Positions 51,441 to 61,700 of a DNA stretch of 64,000 nucleotides are shown in pieces. The notes beneath the pieces were generated by a model. That model was given only the letters and a program-made list of their open reading frames with translations, made no database searches and was not told where the DNA came from. Position numbers and translations under genes: made by a program. Origin of the DNA: Candidatus Jorgensenbacteria bacterium GW2011_GWB1_50_10. Its GTDB lineage: Bacteria; Patescibacteriota; Minisyncoccia; UBA6257; GWB1-50-10. Location: contig LCQK01000002.1 of the NCBI GenBank assembly GCA_001004105.1, positions 347 to 64,346 on the forward strand, given 5' to 3'. Each line of letters starts with the position of its first letter. Position 1 is the stretch's first letter.

Positions 51441-51974
51441 CTATGCTCGTTGCAACGCCCGTTGCAACGCCCCTTTCTTTTTCAGAGTGAAGAGGCAGCG
51501 GGCCCGGTCCTTGTTTTTCGGCTCCCGCCTTACCCAAACCCAAGCGTCATTCGGGAAAACGAAGGGGCGAGCGTTGCTCCTCTGTAGGAACGCTCCGATG
51601 ACGGCAAGGTGAATCTGGGTTGCCCGCCCTACAGTTTGGTGAATGACTTCGGTGCCGCCGATGACAAACACATCGGTTTTTCCCCTTGCTTCGGCGAGCG
51701 TGATTGCCTCGTCAATGCTCCCAGCAGTGAGGCGGTCGGGAGCTTCGTAATGAGGGTTCCGGGAGAGCACCACCACGGTGCGATTGTTGAACACGCGGCC
51801 GCGGCCATTCCGCAGAGTGGCTTCGTAGGTATTGCGACCCACGATAACGACTTTGTGCCGGGTGAGATTGTAGAGGGGATGCAGGCCAATTGCCATCTCA
51901 GAAGTGCTTTCGCCGTTCCGCCCTCCGATGAAACTGTCCATGGAGGCCGTCACCATCAGGGAAACGTTGACCAT
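51441..51974 (-). CDS. folA: Dihydrofolate reductase
   Basis: Block MVNVSLMVTASMDSFIGG..G.......VIVGRNTYE...L....VVLSR is the canonical DHFR pattern. Confidence 0.78.
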   Translation of the reverse strand: MVNVSLMVTASMDSFIGGRNGESTSEMAIGLHPLYNLTRHKVVIVGRNTYEATLRNGRGRVFNNRTVVVLSRNPHYEAPDRLTAGSIDEAITLAEARGKTDVFVIGGTEVIHQTVGRATQIHLAVIGAFLQRSNARPFVFPNDAWVWVRREPKNKDRARCLFTLKKKGALQRALQRA

Positions 51975-52102
51975 ATCGCAATCTCCTTAAGGAGATAATC
52001 GGTTGTTGTTCTAGTAGAGTGCCGTCCGTATTATCGTTCTCTCAAAGGTCATAGTCAAGGTTTAATTCTCAAAAATAGGCCTTTATTGTAGTATTAAAAC
52101 TA

Positions 52103-53512
52103 ATGTATATCCCGACCATTGGCTTGGAAATTCACGTTGAATTGAAGACAAAAACCAAAATGTTCTGTTCCTGCCCGAATGAGCCGGATGAAAAACACCC
52201 GAACAAAAACGTCTGTCCGATTTGTTTGGGCCATCCTGGCACTTTACCCGTCGCCAACAAGGAAGCGATTCTTTCGGTTATCAAACTGGGTTTGGCTTTG
52301 GGCGGGAAAATTGCCGAGCATTCCCACTTTGACCGGAAAAGCTATTTTTATCCGGATTTGCCCAAAGGCTACCAAATCTCGCAGTATGAGCATCCGCTCG
52401 TGGAAGGCGGCACGTTAAATGATGTCCGTCTCCGACGGATTCACTTGGAAGAAGATACCGGCCGATTGCTTCATGAGGACGACTTATCCCTCGTCGATTT
52501 CAATCGAGCGGGCGTGCCTTTGATGGAGCTTGTGACCGAACCCGACATCAAAAACGCGGAGGAAGCGGTTGCTTTCGCCCGCGAACTGCGTTTGATTCTC
52601 CGTTATCTCGGGATCTCCGACGCCGACATGGAAAAAGGGCATATGCGGATTGAAGCAAACGTAAGCGTGGGCAAAGCCGGCGAGCTAGGAACGAAAGTGG
52701 AGCTCAAAAACATCAATTCCTTCAAGGTGGTTCATGACGCCATTGCTTGTGAGCTTAAAAGGCAGGAGAAACTACTTGAGAGCGGCAAAAAAGTGAGTCA
52801 GGAAACGCGGGGATGGAACAGTGATAAAGGCACAACCGAGAGCCAGCGGAGCAAGGAAGAAGCCCACGACTACCGCTATTTTCCCGAACCGGATTTGCCG
52901 CCCCTGGATTTGCGGGAATTTGACATCAAAACCTTGAAAACGGAGATTCTGGAGCTGCCGGAAGCAAAGCGGCAGAGATTTATCGGGGAGTACGGACTTA
53001 ATAAGGAACAAGTAGAAATACTTATTGAGGACCAAAAAATGTCCGAGATTTTTGAGGAGGCAGTTAGTGAATTAAAATCTAAAGTTTCAAATCCAGATAA
53101 TAATCTTTTATACAATTACATAGTTACCGACCTTCGCGGGACTATAAGCGCTAGAAAAGCGACGTTTGAAGATTTAGTGATAAAACCCGAGCATCTCGCA
53201 CATCTTATTGCAATGATTCAAGAGGGTAAGTTATCCAGCCGTTTGGCCAAAGACATACTCCTCAAAATGTTTGAAACAGGCGAGGACCCGGAGAATTTGA
53301 TGGAGTCAGAAAAAGTTACGCTCATCTCCGCCGAGGCGGAACTGCGAGAAATCGCCAAAGCAATTATAGAAGAAAATCCGAAACCGGCCGAAGATTACAA
53401 GAAAGGAAAAATTCCAGCACTCCAAGCACTGGTTGGGAGAGCGATGGTCAAAACAAGAGGCCAAGCCGACCCCAAAGTTACCGAAAAAATTCTAAAAGAG
53501 CTCTTAAAGTGA
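52103..53512 (+). CDS. gatB: Asp-tRNA(Asn)/Glu-tRNA(Gln) amidotransferase subunit B
   Basis: Block PTIGLEIHVEL.T..K.FC.C; 469 aa. Confidence 0.94.
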   Translation: MYIPTIGLEIHVELKTKTKMFCSCPNEPDEKHPNKNVCPICLGHPGTLPVANKEAILSVIKLGLALGGKIAEHSHFDRKSYFYPDLPKGYQISQYEHPLVEGGTLNDVRLRRIHLEEDTGRLLHEDDLSLVDFNRAGVPLMELVTEPDIKNAEEAVAFARELRLILRYLGISDADMEKGHMRIEANVSVGKAGELGTKVELKNINSFKVVHDAIACELKRQEKLLESGKKVSQETRGWNSDKGTTESQRSKEEAHDYRYFPEPDLPPLDLREFDIKTLKTEILELPEAKRQRFIGEYGLNKEQVEILIEDQKMSEIFEEAVSELKSKVSNPDNNLLYNYIVTDLRGTISARKATFEDLVIKPEHLAHLIAMIQEGKLSSRLAKDILLKMFETGEDPENLMESEKVTLISAEAELREIAKAIIEENPKPAEDYKKGKIPALQALVGRAMVKTRGQADPKVTEKILKELLK

Positions 53513-53517
53513 GCAAC

Positions 53518-53549
53518 TCCATTTATGGACGACCGTCCATAAATGGAGT
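53518..53549. terminator. Bidirectional terminator palindrome CTCCATTTATGGACG-AC-CGTCCATAAATGGAG
   Basis: Lies between convergent gatB and miaA. Confidence 0.55.
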
Positions 53550-53560
53550 ATTTGGAAGAA

Positions 53561-54451
53561 TCAATTCTTTAAGTTCAAAAACTTGTTTACTAATTTTTCA
53601 GCTTTTTCTTTTGAATCCACCCAATGGATATCCGGTTGCATTTTGAACCACGTTATTTGTCTCCGGGCATAGCGGCGGCTGTTTCTTTTTATATCTTCAA
53701 TTGATTTTTCCAGCGTGGTTTCACCGCGGAGATAGGGGAGCAGTTCTTTGTAAGCAATGGAGTTTTGGAGGGCGTAGGCATTTTCGCCGTATTTTTTCAC
53801 CAATTTTTTAACTTCCTGCACCAGTCCTCTTTTGATTTGTTCGTTTACTCTTTTATTTATTCTTTCGTACAATTCTTCACGCGGAACTTTAATGCCGATT
53901 ACAAGCGCGTTAAAAAGCGGTTTGCCTTTTTGCCTTTGCGAAGAGAAGTAATTGCCGGTTTTTAAGATCACCTCCAGGGCTCGGATAATGCGGCGCTTGT
54001 TTTTACTCGCGGTTTTAGCGGCTTCGGGGTCAAGCCGACTCAGTTTTTCTTCCAGTTCTTCGGTCGTCATTTCTTCCAGTTCTTCGCGGAGTTTCTTGTC
54101 GGGTTTCACGGCCGGTATTTTCAGATTTTCTAAAATGGCTTTGATGTAAAGGCCCGTGCCGCCGACCAAAATCGGGAGCTTGCCTCTTTTCAAAATCTCC
54201 CGGATTTTCTTCACGGTTGCCCGCTTGTATTTCACGGCATTCCAAACTTGTTTTGGGGCAGTCGTGTCAATGAGGAATTGTGGATAAGTTTTATCTTTGC
54301 CGGTGCCGATATCCATTCCTCTGTAGATTTGACGGGAATCAGCCGAAATAACCTCCCCCCGGAGTCGTTTGGCGAGGGCAATGGCGAGTGCTGTTTTGCC
54401 TGAGGCGGTCGGGCCCGCGATGGCGATGATTTTAGGTCTTTTGTTTGACAC
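53561..54451 (-). CDS. miaA: tRNA dimethylallyltransferase MiaA
   Basis: P-loop GPTASGKT; 296 aa. Confidence 0.9.
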   Translation of the reverse strand: MSNKRPKIIAIAGPTASGKTALAIALAKRLRGEVISADSRQIYRGMDIGTGKDKTYPQFLIDTTAPKQVWNAVKYKRATVKKIREILKRGKLPILVGGTGLYIKAILENLKIPAVKPDKKLREELEEMTTEELEEKLSRLDPEAAKTASKNKRRIIRALEVILKTGNYFSSQRQKGKPLFNALVIGIKVPREELYERINKRVNEQIKRGLVQEVKKLVKKYGENAYALQNSIAYKELLPYLRGETTLEKSIEDIKRNSRRYARRQITWFKMQPDIHWVDSKEKAEKLVNKFLNLKN

Positions 54452-54506
54452 GGATTTCGCTACACCATATCATTTTAGCGTAGTTCTTTTTAAGAGGAGG
54501 TGGGTT

Positions 54507-54947
54507 ATGACGACCCGCCGGATATACAAGAAGGACTGGCTTCGCTCTTTTGACCGGGGAATTGAGGTCGTTGAGCGCGTCTCGGGCAGAAAAGTGCTCA
54601 ACAAGAAGCTAGCCAGAGAGGTTGCTGACGATTTTCTCCGTGGTAAGGTCGTGGAGGTACCGGAGGCACAAGTCTTCGCAGACTTCACCATGATGCCCCT
54701 CACGATGCAAGGTGTACCAGATAGCTCTCTTCAAATTGCCTTCGGGCGTTGGCCGCTTGAGCTGACAATTCGGAGCAACACAGGAGCTCTGGACATCCGG
54801 GCGTTGGAGAGGGAGTATGAAAGTCGTCGCAGCTCCCATTCCCACATTCGGGTCCGCTTTCGGGAGATAGGCTATGCAGAACTGAAACGTGAGTTCGTAA
54901 GCAGGCTGAAAAAGGAACCTCCCATCGTTGGACTTGACGACAGCTAG
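54507..54947 (+). CDS. Hypothetical protein (GC-rich, AGGAGG Shine-Dalgarno sequence)
   Basis: Internal ATG preceded by AGGAGG; the listed ORF starts inside miaA. Confidence 0.4.
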   Translation: MTTRRIYKKDWLRSFDRGIEVVERVSGRKVLNKKLAREVADDFLRGKVVEVPEAQVFADFTMMPLTMQGVPDSSLQIAFGRWPLELTIRSNTGALDIRALEREYESRRSSHSHIRVRFREIGYAELKREFVSRLKKEPPIVGLDDS

Positions 54948-54984
54948 TAGACCGAGTATCGGAGGGTACTCGGTCTTCGCATTC

Positions 54985-56838
54985 TTACATTCGCCGTTCC
55001 TTTATTTCCTCGGTTATCTTTTTCAAAAAATCCTCAATCGTCATTTTGACGTTTTCTTTTTTGTGCCGCAGGCGAACGCTCAAGTTTTTGTCCTGCATTT
55101 CTTTCTCGCCGACGACGACAACGTAGGGAATTTTTTCCATCTCGGCTTGTCTGATGTTTTTGCCGAGCGTTTCGCTCTCGGAGGCCAAATCCGCCCTCAA
55201 ACCCTTTTCTTTGAAAAGCTCCAGAAGTTTTCTGGCGTAGGCCGCGGATTTGACGCTCACCGGCGCGATTCGGACTTGGACGGGGGAGAGCCACGTCGGG
55301 AAATCGCCGGCGAAATGTTCCAATAAGAAGCCGACCATTCGTTCATGACTGCCGAGCGGGGCTCTATGTATAATAACCGGTCTTTCTTTTTCACCTCTTT
55401 CATTGATAAAAGAGAGATTGAACCGGGTCGGCATAAAGAGGTCGATTTGGATTGTACCGATGGCATATTCTTTGCCGATGACGGACTCAATAATGACATC
55501 TCCTTTTGGTCCGTAGTGCGCCGCGCCGCCCACGTCTTCGCTGTATTTGACGCGGGCTTTTTTTAGACCTGCTCTGGTTAATTTTTCTGCTTTGGCCCAC
55601 ATTTTATCGTCACCGTGATATTTCTTGCGGAGATTTTTAGGGTCTCTTATTCCTAACTTAACTTTGAAATTTTTGATGCCCAATTTTTTGTAGTAGTACC
55701 GGTGCATATCCATAACTCGCGCAAATTCATCAACAACGTCTTTCTCCGCCACGTAAATGTGGGCGTCGTTTTGGCAGAATCCTCGCACCCTAAAAAGACC
55801 GTGGAGAGTGCCTGATCTCTCGTAGCGGTAAAGCTGGCCGTACTCGGTGAGCCGAAGCGGAAGTTCTCTGTAGCTCCGGGTGCGGGATTTATAAATCATG
55901 TGGTGGTGGGGACAGTTCATTGGTTTTAGATAGTATTTTTCATTCTCAATGTTCATTGGTGAATACATATCATCCGTGTAGTAAGGGATGTGGCCGGAGA
56001 TTTTATAAAGATCTTCTTTTGTAATGTGAGGAGTGACGACGCGCTGGTAGCCGGCCGCCGTTTCAACCTCTTTTGCCCAAGCTTCAAGTTCATCGCGAAC
56101 GATAGTGCCCTTGGGCAGCCAAAGAGGAAGACCGGGGCCGACTTCCTCGGCAAAAGTGAAAAGTTCCAGGTCCTGGCCTAATTTGCGGTGGTCGCGTTTT
56201 TTCGCTTCCTCTTCCATTTCGAGATACGCTTCAAGTTCTTTTTTGTTTTTGAAAGCGACGCCATAAATCCGCTGGAGCTGGGGCTTGTTTTCGTCACCGT
56301 GCCAGTAAGCGGCGGCGATTTCGGTAAGTTTGAAAGCGTCCGAATTGATTTCACCGGTATTTTTCACGTGGCCGCCGCGGCAGAGGTCAATAAAACAGGT
56401 TATAGGTTTTAGGTTATAGGTTTTAGGAGGGCAGGTGGAATATACGGTAAGTTGTTTTTTTTCTTCAATAAATTCTTTTATTAAATCAAGTTTAAAAGGT
56501 TGATTTTGGAATAAATTTTTAGCTTCGTCGGCGGTCACCTTTTTGCCGGAGAATACCCACCTTTCTTTAATCGTTTGCCGCATTGTTTTTTCAAATTCCT
56601 TCAAATCCTCGGGCGAGAGAGAGCGGGGGAGGAGAAAATCGTAATAGAAGCCGTTCTCAATGGTCGGGCCGATGCCGAGCTTGGCGTCCGGAAACTTCTT
56701 CAAAACCGCCGCCGCCAAGAGATGCGCAAGCGAGTGTCTAATATTTTCCAAATTGCTTTTAGGCACGATGCTAATAATTATAGAAAAATTGGACTTTTTT
56801 GGTAGGGTATTGACAGATTTTCGTTCATATGTTAGCAT
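54985..56838 (-). CDS. thrS: Threonyl-tRNA synthetase
   Basis: N2 editing domain HSLAHLL; class II core and anticodon-binding domain. The internal Met is taken as the start. Confidence 0.9.
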   Translation of the reverse strand: MLTYERKSVNTLPKKSNFSIIISIVPKSNLENIRHSLAHLLAAAVLKKFPDAKLGIGPTIENGFYYDFLLPRSLSPEDLKEFEKTMRQTIKERWVFSGKKVTADEAKNLFQNQPFKLDLIKEFIEEKKQLTVYSTCPPKTYNLKPITCFIDLCRGGHVKNTGEINSDAFKLTEIAAAYWHGDENKPQLQRIYGVAFKNKKELEAYLEMEEEAKKRDHRKLGQDLELFTFAEEVGPGLPLWLPKGTIVRDELEAWAKEVETAAGYQRVVTPHITKEDLYKISGHIPYYTDDMYSPMNIENEKYYLKPMNCPHHHMIYKSRTRSYRELPLRLTEYGQLYRYERSGTLHGLFRVRGFCQNDAHIYVAEKDVVDEFARVMDMHRYYYKKLGIKNFKVKLGIRDPKNLRKKYHGDDKMWAKAEKLTRAGLKKARVKYSEDVGGAAHYGPKGDVIIESVIGKEYAIGTIQIDLFMPTRFNLSFINERGEKERPVIIHRAPLGSHERMVGFLLEHFAGDFPTWLSPVQVRIAPVSVKSAAYARKLLELFKEKGLRADLASESETLGKNIRQAEMEKIPYVVVVGEKEMQDKNLSVRLRHKKENVKMTIEDFLKKITEEIKERRM

Positions 56839-57058
56839 TCTCGCCAGCAGTATTTCAGCAGTGTAATCGTTGGTTAATTCTTGGTAGTGCCTCCAGTGGG
56901 GGCGAAGTTCCGCTATACTCTTTCTCTTTTTTCTTGTTTCAGTTCGTTCGGAAAGCAGTGTAGTGGCGTTCGGCACAAGGCCGCACGTCGCCCACCACCA
57001 GTTCGTGTGAGTATGGCGCTCGCACGGACTCAACACCCCTTAGGGGAGGAGGCACGCC

Positions 57059-57412
57059 ATGGAGATAGGAACAACTAGAGAGACCAAGGATCAGTTGGTT
57101 TCTCGAGTCAAGCAGGTGCTCGAAAGGTATCTGCTTGGGGATCCGGGACCCACTAGGATCGAGAAAGATCCGATCTGGGGGAGAATCGCCGCCGAGTACA
57201 TCATCAGCAGATCGCTGGTGATTGCTGCGGTCGATCCTCTCGAGCTCGCTCAGCGAGTCGATCCCAAACTCTTCCGGCTCGTCACTGTTCCGGAAGGTTG
57301 GGCGAATCGCGCCGACTGGGCACTCGGGGTATACCTGACATTCGGGAATGGTTCTATGCCCGAAAAGGTCAGTCGTATACTCGAGACGGCGAGTTCGATG
57401 ATTCCCGAATAG
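57059..57412 (+). CDS. Hypothetical protein (GC-rich, GGAGGAGG Shine-Dalgarno sequence)
   Basis: 117-aa ORF with a strong SD. Confidence 0.4.
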   Translation: MEIGTTRETKDQLVSRVKQVLERYLLGDPGPTRIEKDPIWGRIAAEYIISRSLVIAAVDPLELAQRVDPKLFRLVTVPEGWANRADWALGVYLTFGNGSMPEKVSRILETASSMIPE

Positions 57413-57843
57413 GGAACCGGCCGGGGTTCACCACCACCCCCGGAAAGAGGTGGGAGCGAGCCGAAGCTCGCGCGCAAGGCGTCGTGGAAGTTCACGGCGC
57501 TTTTTGTTTTAGTAAGAAGACCCGTTCCATAGGTTTTTCGAGTTGGGATTTGTAGAGTTTATATTAATGCTGTAAAATGCAAATATGTTGAAAGCAATAT
57601 TGAGTGCCTAGGCCGGAGTCGGGGATCCTCATATGGGCACAAAAGTTAGATCAGAGTTTTTCAGCCGGAGTCGGAACCCCTCATTGCTTCTCACATGAAA
57701 AATTGAGAAGGATTCAGTGAATAGAAACCGCTTTAACGGCGGTTTCTGTCACTACAGAACATCTAAATATAGGAGATAATCATTGAGAAATCAGAAGATT
57801 GACGGTACTAGACCGTTTACATTATGCTGATAGCCCTACCGTC

Positions 57844-57867
57844 AACGGCTAGCCGTTAAGGTATAAT
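57844..57867 (+). promoter_or_regulatory. 14-nt palindrome AACGGCTAGCCGTT followed by a TATAAT -10 box, upstream of the HicB-like gene
   Basis: Palindrome at 57844-57857; TATAAT at 57862-57867; GTG start at 57874. Confidence 0.4.
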
Positions 57868-57873
57868 AAAAAT

Positions 57874-58281
57874 GTGAGAATAGATAACAATATCATCCCG
57901 GTAATATTAGTGGTTTATAAGTCAAAGAATGGTTATTGGCATGGTTTTTGCCACCCATACGATGTGTCTTGTAATGCAGAAATTAAAGAAGAGGTTATAA
58001 ACAACCTAGAAGAATTGGTGGAAACCTACGAAAAATCGTTAGAGCGCTATGGGAACCCAATACATCTAATAGAGAAGAAACTTTCTGATAAAGAAGATCA
58101 AGAGAAGTTCAAGAAAATATGGCCGTATGTTTCTAAAAAGATTGCGGAGCATATTAAAACCGCACATAGTCCTATTCGATACTCTCAATATTTATCACGA
58201 GCCAAGAAATTCAGTATTAAATCTGGAGCAGATATAACTTATTCTCACAGAAGTTTATCGTTAACACCCTCACCTCGCTGA
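57874..58281 (+). CDS. HicB-like (UPF0150) antitoxin-like protein; AT-rich
   Basis: N-terminal pattern IPVILVVYKSKNGYWHGFCHPYDVSCNAEIKEEVINNLEE resembles the HicB N-terminus. Confidence 0.3.
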   Translation: MRIDNNIIPVILVVYKSKNGYWHGFCHPYDVSCNAEIKEEVINNLEELVETYEKSLERYGNPIHLIEKKLSDKEDQEKFKKIWPYVSKKIAEHIKTAHSPIRYSQYLSRAKKFSIKSGADITYSHRSLSLTPSPR

Positions 58282-58285
58282 TATT

Positions 58286-58564
58286 GTGGCGGCGCCGACA
58301 GATATTAATTTTGATGATTTCTATGAAGCAGTTAAATCATTAGCTGCACAAAAAGGATTTATTTGTAAACCCTATAAGGGTAAGAAAGCTTCTGCTATAT
58401 GTTTTGAATTTTTCCGAGATGGAGAAAATAAACCGTTTGAGATATTTTGCGTTCATGAAGATAAGAAAAATAGAGTTATATGGTCAGATGATCTCAAAAA
58501 GGCATGTAAAGCGTTAGGAGTAACTAAAAAAGAATTTATTGATTTTACAAAAAATAAAGTTTAA
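58286..58564 (+). CDS. Hypothetical small protein (possibly HicA-like); AT-rich
   Basis: 92 aa, basic, 4-nt gap from the upstream gene. Confidence 0.3.
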   Translation: MAAPTDINFDDFYEAVKSLAAQKGFICKPYKGKKASAICFEFFRDGENKPFEIFCVHEDKKNRVIWSDDLKKACKALGVTKKEFIDFTKNKV

Positions 58565-58569
58565 CTAAT

Positions 58570-58595
58570 ATAAACCTTTTCTTTTCTAAGCCAGA
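58570..58595 (+). repeat. 26-nt family-B motif ATAAACCTTTTCTTTTCTAAGCCAGA (identical to the 21261 copy)
   Basis: Seen directly, 6 nt after the stop of the upstream + gene. Confidence 0.65.
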
Positions 58596-58614
58596 ATTAT
58601 TCTTCCCAACTAAA

Positions 58615-58769
58615 AAATCTGCCCCGCGTGTGTCTCTGACGGCAACTCTCGGAGGCAAAAAAGCTCGGTGTCGCCTGAGGCGACTTTTTCGCCGAGAGCG
58701 TAGCGGTGCGCCTTGCTGCTGGAGCGGGGCGACACCCGGTGGCGGAGGAGATATACGCGGGGCAGATTT
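58615..58769. repeat. Nested inverted-repeat structure: AAATCTGCCCCGCG ... CGCGGGGCAGATTT flanking CTCTCGG...CCGAGAG and GTCGCC-TGAG-GCGAC; the 3' arm overlaps the dnaE stop
   Basis: Seen directly; 14-bp outer arms. Confidence 0.5.
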
Positions 58770-61700
58770 ACAGCTCCTTTACTGCGTTCACGATGACTTT
58801 CGGTTCGTTCCCTTTGAAGGAGAGACGGCCGTCTATCATCACCGCCTTGTTTTCCTGCCAGACATTCGGATTTTTGTTAAGAACATCGGAGAAGACAAGC
58901 ACTTCCGTGGAACCCGTCGCGTCTTCCAAGCTCACGAAAAGCATCGGGTCGCCCCTTTTGGTCAAAATCTTTTGGACGGCGGTAATGACACCGGCCAAAA
59001 GCAGCTGTCCGGAACCGGCGTTATTGGGAGTCGCGCCGGCTATTTTTTTAATCGGCACCGTCTGCTTTTTGATTTTTGAGGCATAGGCGTTGAAAGGGTG
59101 GTCGGTGATATAGAGACCCAGCAGTTCTTTTTCCCAGATAAGCATCATTTTTTTGTCGGTCGGCTCGCCGCCATTTACGAATTTCATGGCGGCGAGTTCC
59201 AGACCGGCGCCGCCGAATAAGGAATTCTGATTGGCGCTTTTCATTTTTTTGGCGGCCTGGTTAAATCTGATAATTTCATCAATATTAGCGAGAGCTCTTG
59301 CTCTGTCCACGCCCAAAGAATCAAAAGCGCCGCATTTTATGAGGGATTCCAGGGATTTTTTGTTCAAATCGCGGTGCTGGATGCGGTTTAAGAATTCGCT
59401 GAAATTTTGGAAGGGGCCGCCGCGGCTCCGTTCGTCGATCACAACCTCAACGATGTTCACGCCCAAATTCTTGATGGCGAGAAGTCCGAAGCGGATATTG
59501 CCTTGGTCCACGGTGAAGTCCTGCAAGCTTAAATTGACGTCCGGCGGCAGAACTTTGATTTTCAGGCGCTTGGCCTCGTTGATGAGGAAATTAACTCTCT
59601 CCACGTCGCTCCCGGAGATATTCAGCAAACTCGTCATGAATTCAACTGGGAAGTTGGCCTTGAGGTAGGCGGTGCGGTAGCTAATTAGTGCGTAGGCGGC
59701 GCCGTGGCTTTTGTTGAAGCCGTATCTCGCGAAAGGCGGGAAGAGTTCCCAGATTTGGTTCGCCGTTTTTTTATCAATGCCGTTTGCGACGAGACCGTTC
59801 AAGAGTTTTTCCTTTTGCTCGTCGAGAAGTTTTTTTATTTTTTTGCCGATTGCTTTACGTAGCGTGTCGGCCTCGGCGAGCGTAAAGCCGGCCAAGTCCC
59901 TTGCAATGCGCATCATCTGTTCCTGATAGATGCCCACGCCGTAGGTTTTTTCCAAAATCGGTTCGAGTCGCGGGTGGATGTAGGTCACTTTTTCCCGGCC
60001 GAATTTTCTTTTGATGTAGAGCGGGATAAGTTCCATCGGTCCCGGCCGGTAGAGGGAAATCATGACGATGATGTCTTCCAACTCCGTCGGTTTCAATTCT
60101 TTTAAGTAGCGGCGCATGCCGGAGGATTCAAGCTGAAAAACGCCGGTCATCTCCGCGCTCTGAAAAAGCTCAAAAGTTTTTTTGTCGTCCAAAAGCAAGT
60201 TGTTGATGTCAATATCAATGCCGTGGAGGTCTTTCACGAGCCGCAAAGTTTTTTCGATGATGGTGAGATTTTTCAAACCCAAGAGGTCAATTTTAAGGAG
60301 CCCCAAGTCCTCAATGCTGTGCATTTCGAACTGGGTGATAATCGCGTCGTCGCCCTGCGGCGCGCGCTGGAGCGGCACGAAATTTACGAGCGGGTAACTG
60401 GAAATCACAATGCCGCAGGCATGGACGGAGGCATGTCTCGCCGTTCCTTCCAGTTTGATAGCCGCCTCCAAAATCTTTTTGGCGTCTTCGTTTTCGTCCA
60501 TCATTTTTTTCAACTCCGGCACGGCCGCAATGGATTGTTTCAAGGGGACATTGAAGGGGATTAGTTTGGCGATTTGGTCGCAGAAGCCGTAGGGAAGCCC
60601 TAGAGCCCGGCCGGCGTCGCGCACCGCGGCTCTTGCCATCATTGTGCCGAAAGTGATGATTTGAGCCACTTTATCGGCGCCGTATTTGTCCTTGATGTAG
60701 GCCAAAACCTCGTCGCGACGGGTGTCGGTGAAGTCAATATCAATATCCGGCACCTGGATGCGGTCGGGGTTCAAAAACCGCTCAAAAAGCAAGTCGTATT
60801 TCAAAGGGTCAACGTCGGTGATGCCTAAAATATAGGAGACGATGCTCCCGGCGGCCGAGCCTCTTCCCGGGCCGACCACGATGCCGTGATTCTTCGCCCA
60901 GTTCACGAAATCCTGGACAATGAGGAAGTAATCGACGAAACCCGTTTTTTCAATGACGTCTATTTCATGAGAGAGCCGTTCCTCGACTTCTTTGGTGGTG
61001 CGTGGGAAGCGGAGAGGCAAACGCTCGGCAATCAGTTTTTTCAAGTAATTCATTGCCGTTTCGCCTTCGGGGAGGGGAAAACTTGGAAGATACGTTTGGT
61101 TCAAGTCAATTTCCAGATTACATTTCTCCGCAATGCGGGCCGTGTTCTCAATCGCTTGAGGCACATGGCGGAAAAGTTCAATCATTTCTTCGGGCGAGCG
61201 GAGAGAGACGTTGTAGTTTTTTAAAGAGAGCCGGTCCTGGTCGTCCAGTTTGGTGTTGGTCTGTACGGCGAGAAGTATCTCGTGGGCGGTTCGGTCATCG
61301 AGCGACACGTAATGAACGTCCTGGGTGGCGACCACGGGAATTTTAAGTTTCTCCGCCATATCGAGAATCAGTTTGTGGATTTCCGGCGCGTGTGGCTGGA
61401 TTTCCAGATAAAAATCTCCTCCGAAGACGGATTGATACCACTTGGCCGCTTCTTCGGCCTCGCTCATTTTGCCCTGGGAGAGAAGGCGGGAAATTTCGCC
61501 GGAGAAGCAGCCCGAAAGGCAGACGAGACCCTCGGCGTGCTTCAAAAGAATTTCCTTATCAATGCGGGGCTTGTAATAAAAACCTTCGAGGTGGGCGGCG
61601 GTCACGAGGCGAACCAAATTTTTCCAACCGGTTTTGTTTTTGGCGAGTAAGATAAGGTGATAGCGTGCCTCGTCTATCTTCGGGCGTTTGTTCAGGCGGC

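Noticed and set aside
56839-57058. T-box riboswitch leader upstream of thrS
   Set aside because: I looked for AGAGA / specifier / T-box (TGGNACCGCG) motifs on the - strand and found no convincing match.
58630-59086. Two + strand ORFs (149 and 126 aa) at the dnaE 3' end
   Set aside because: They are antisense to the conserved DnaE C-terminal region and have no motifs.
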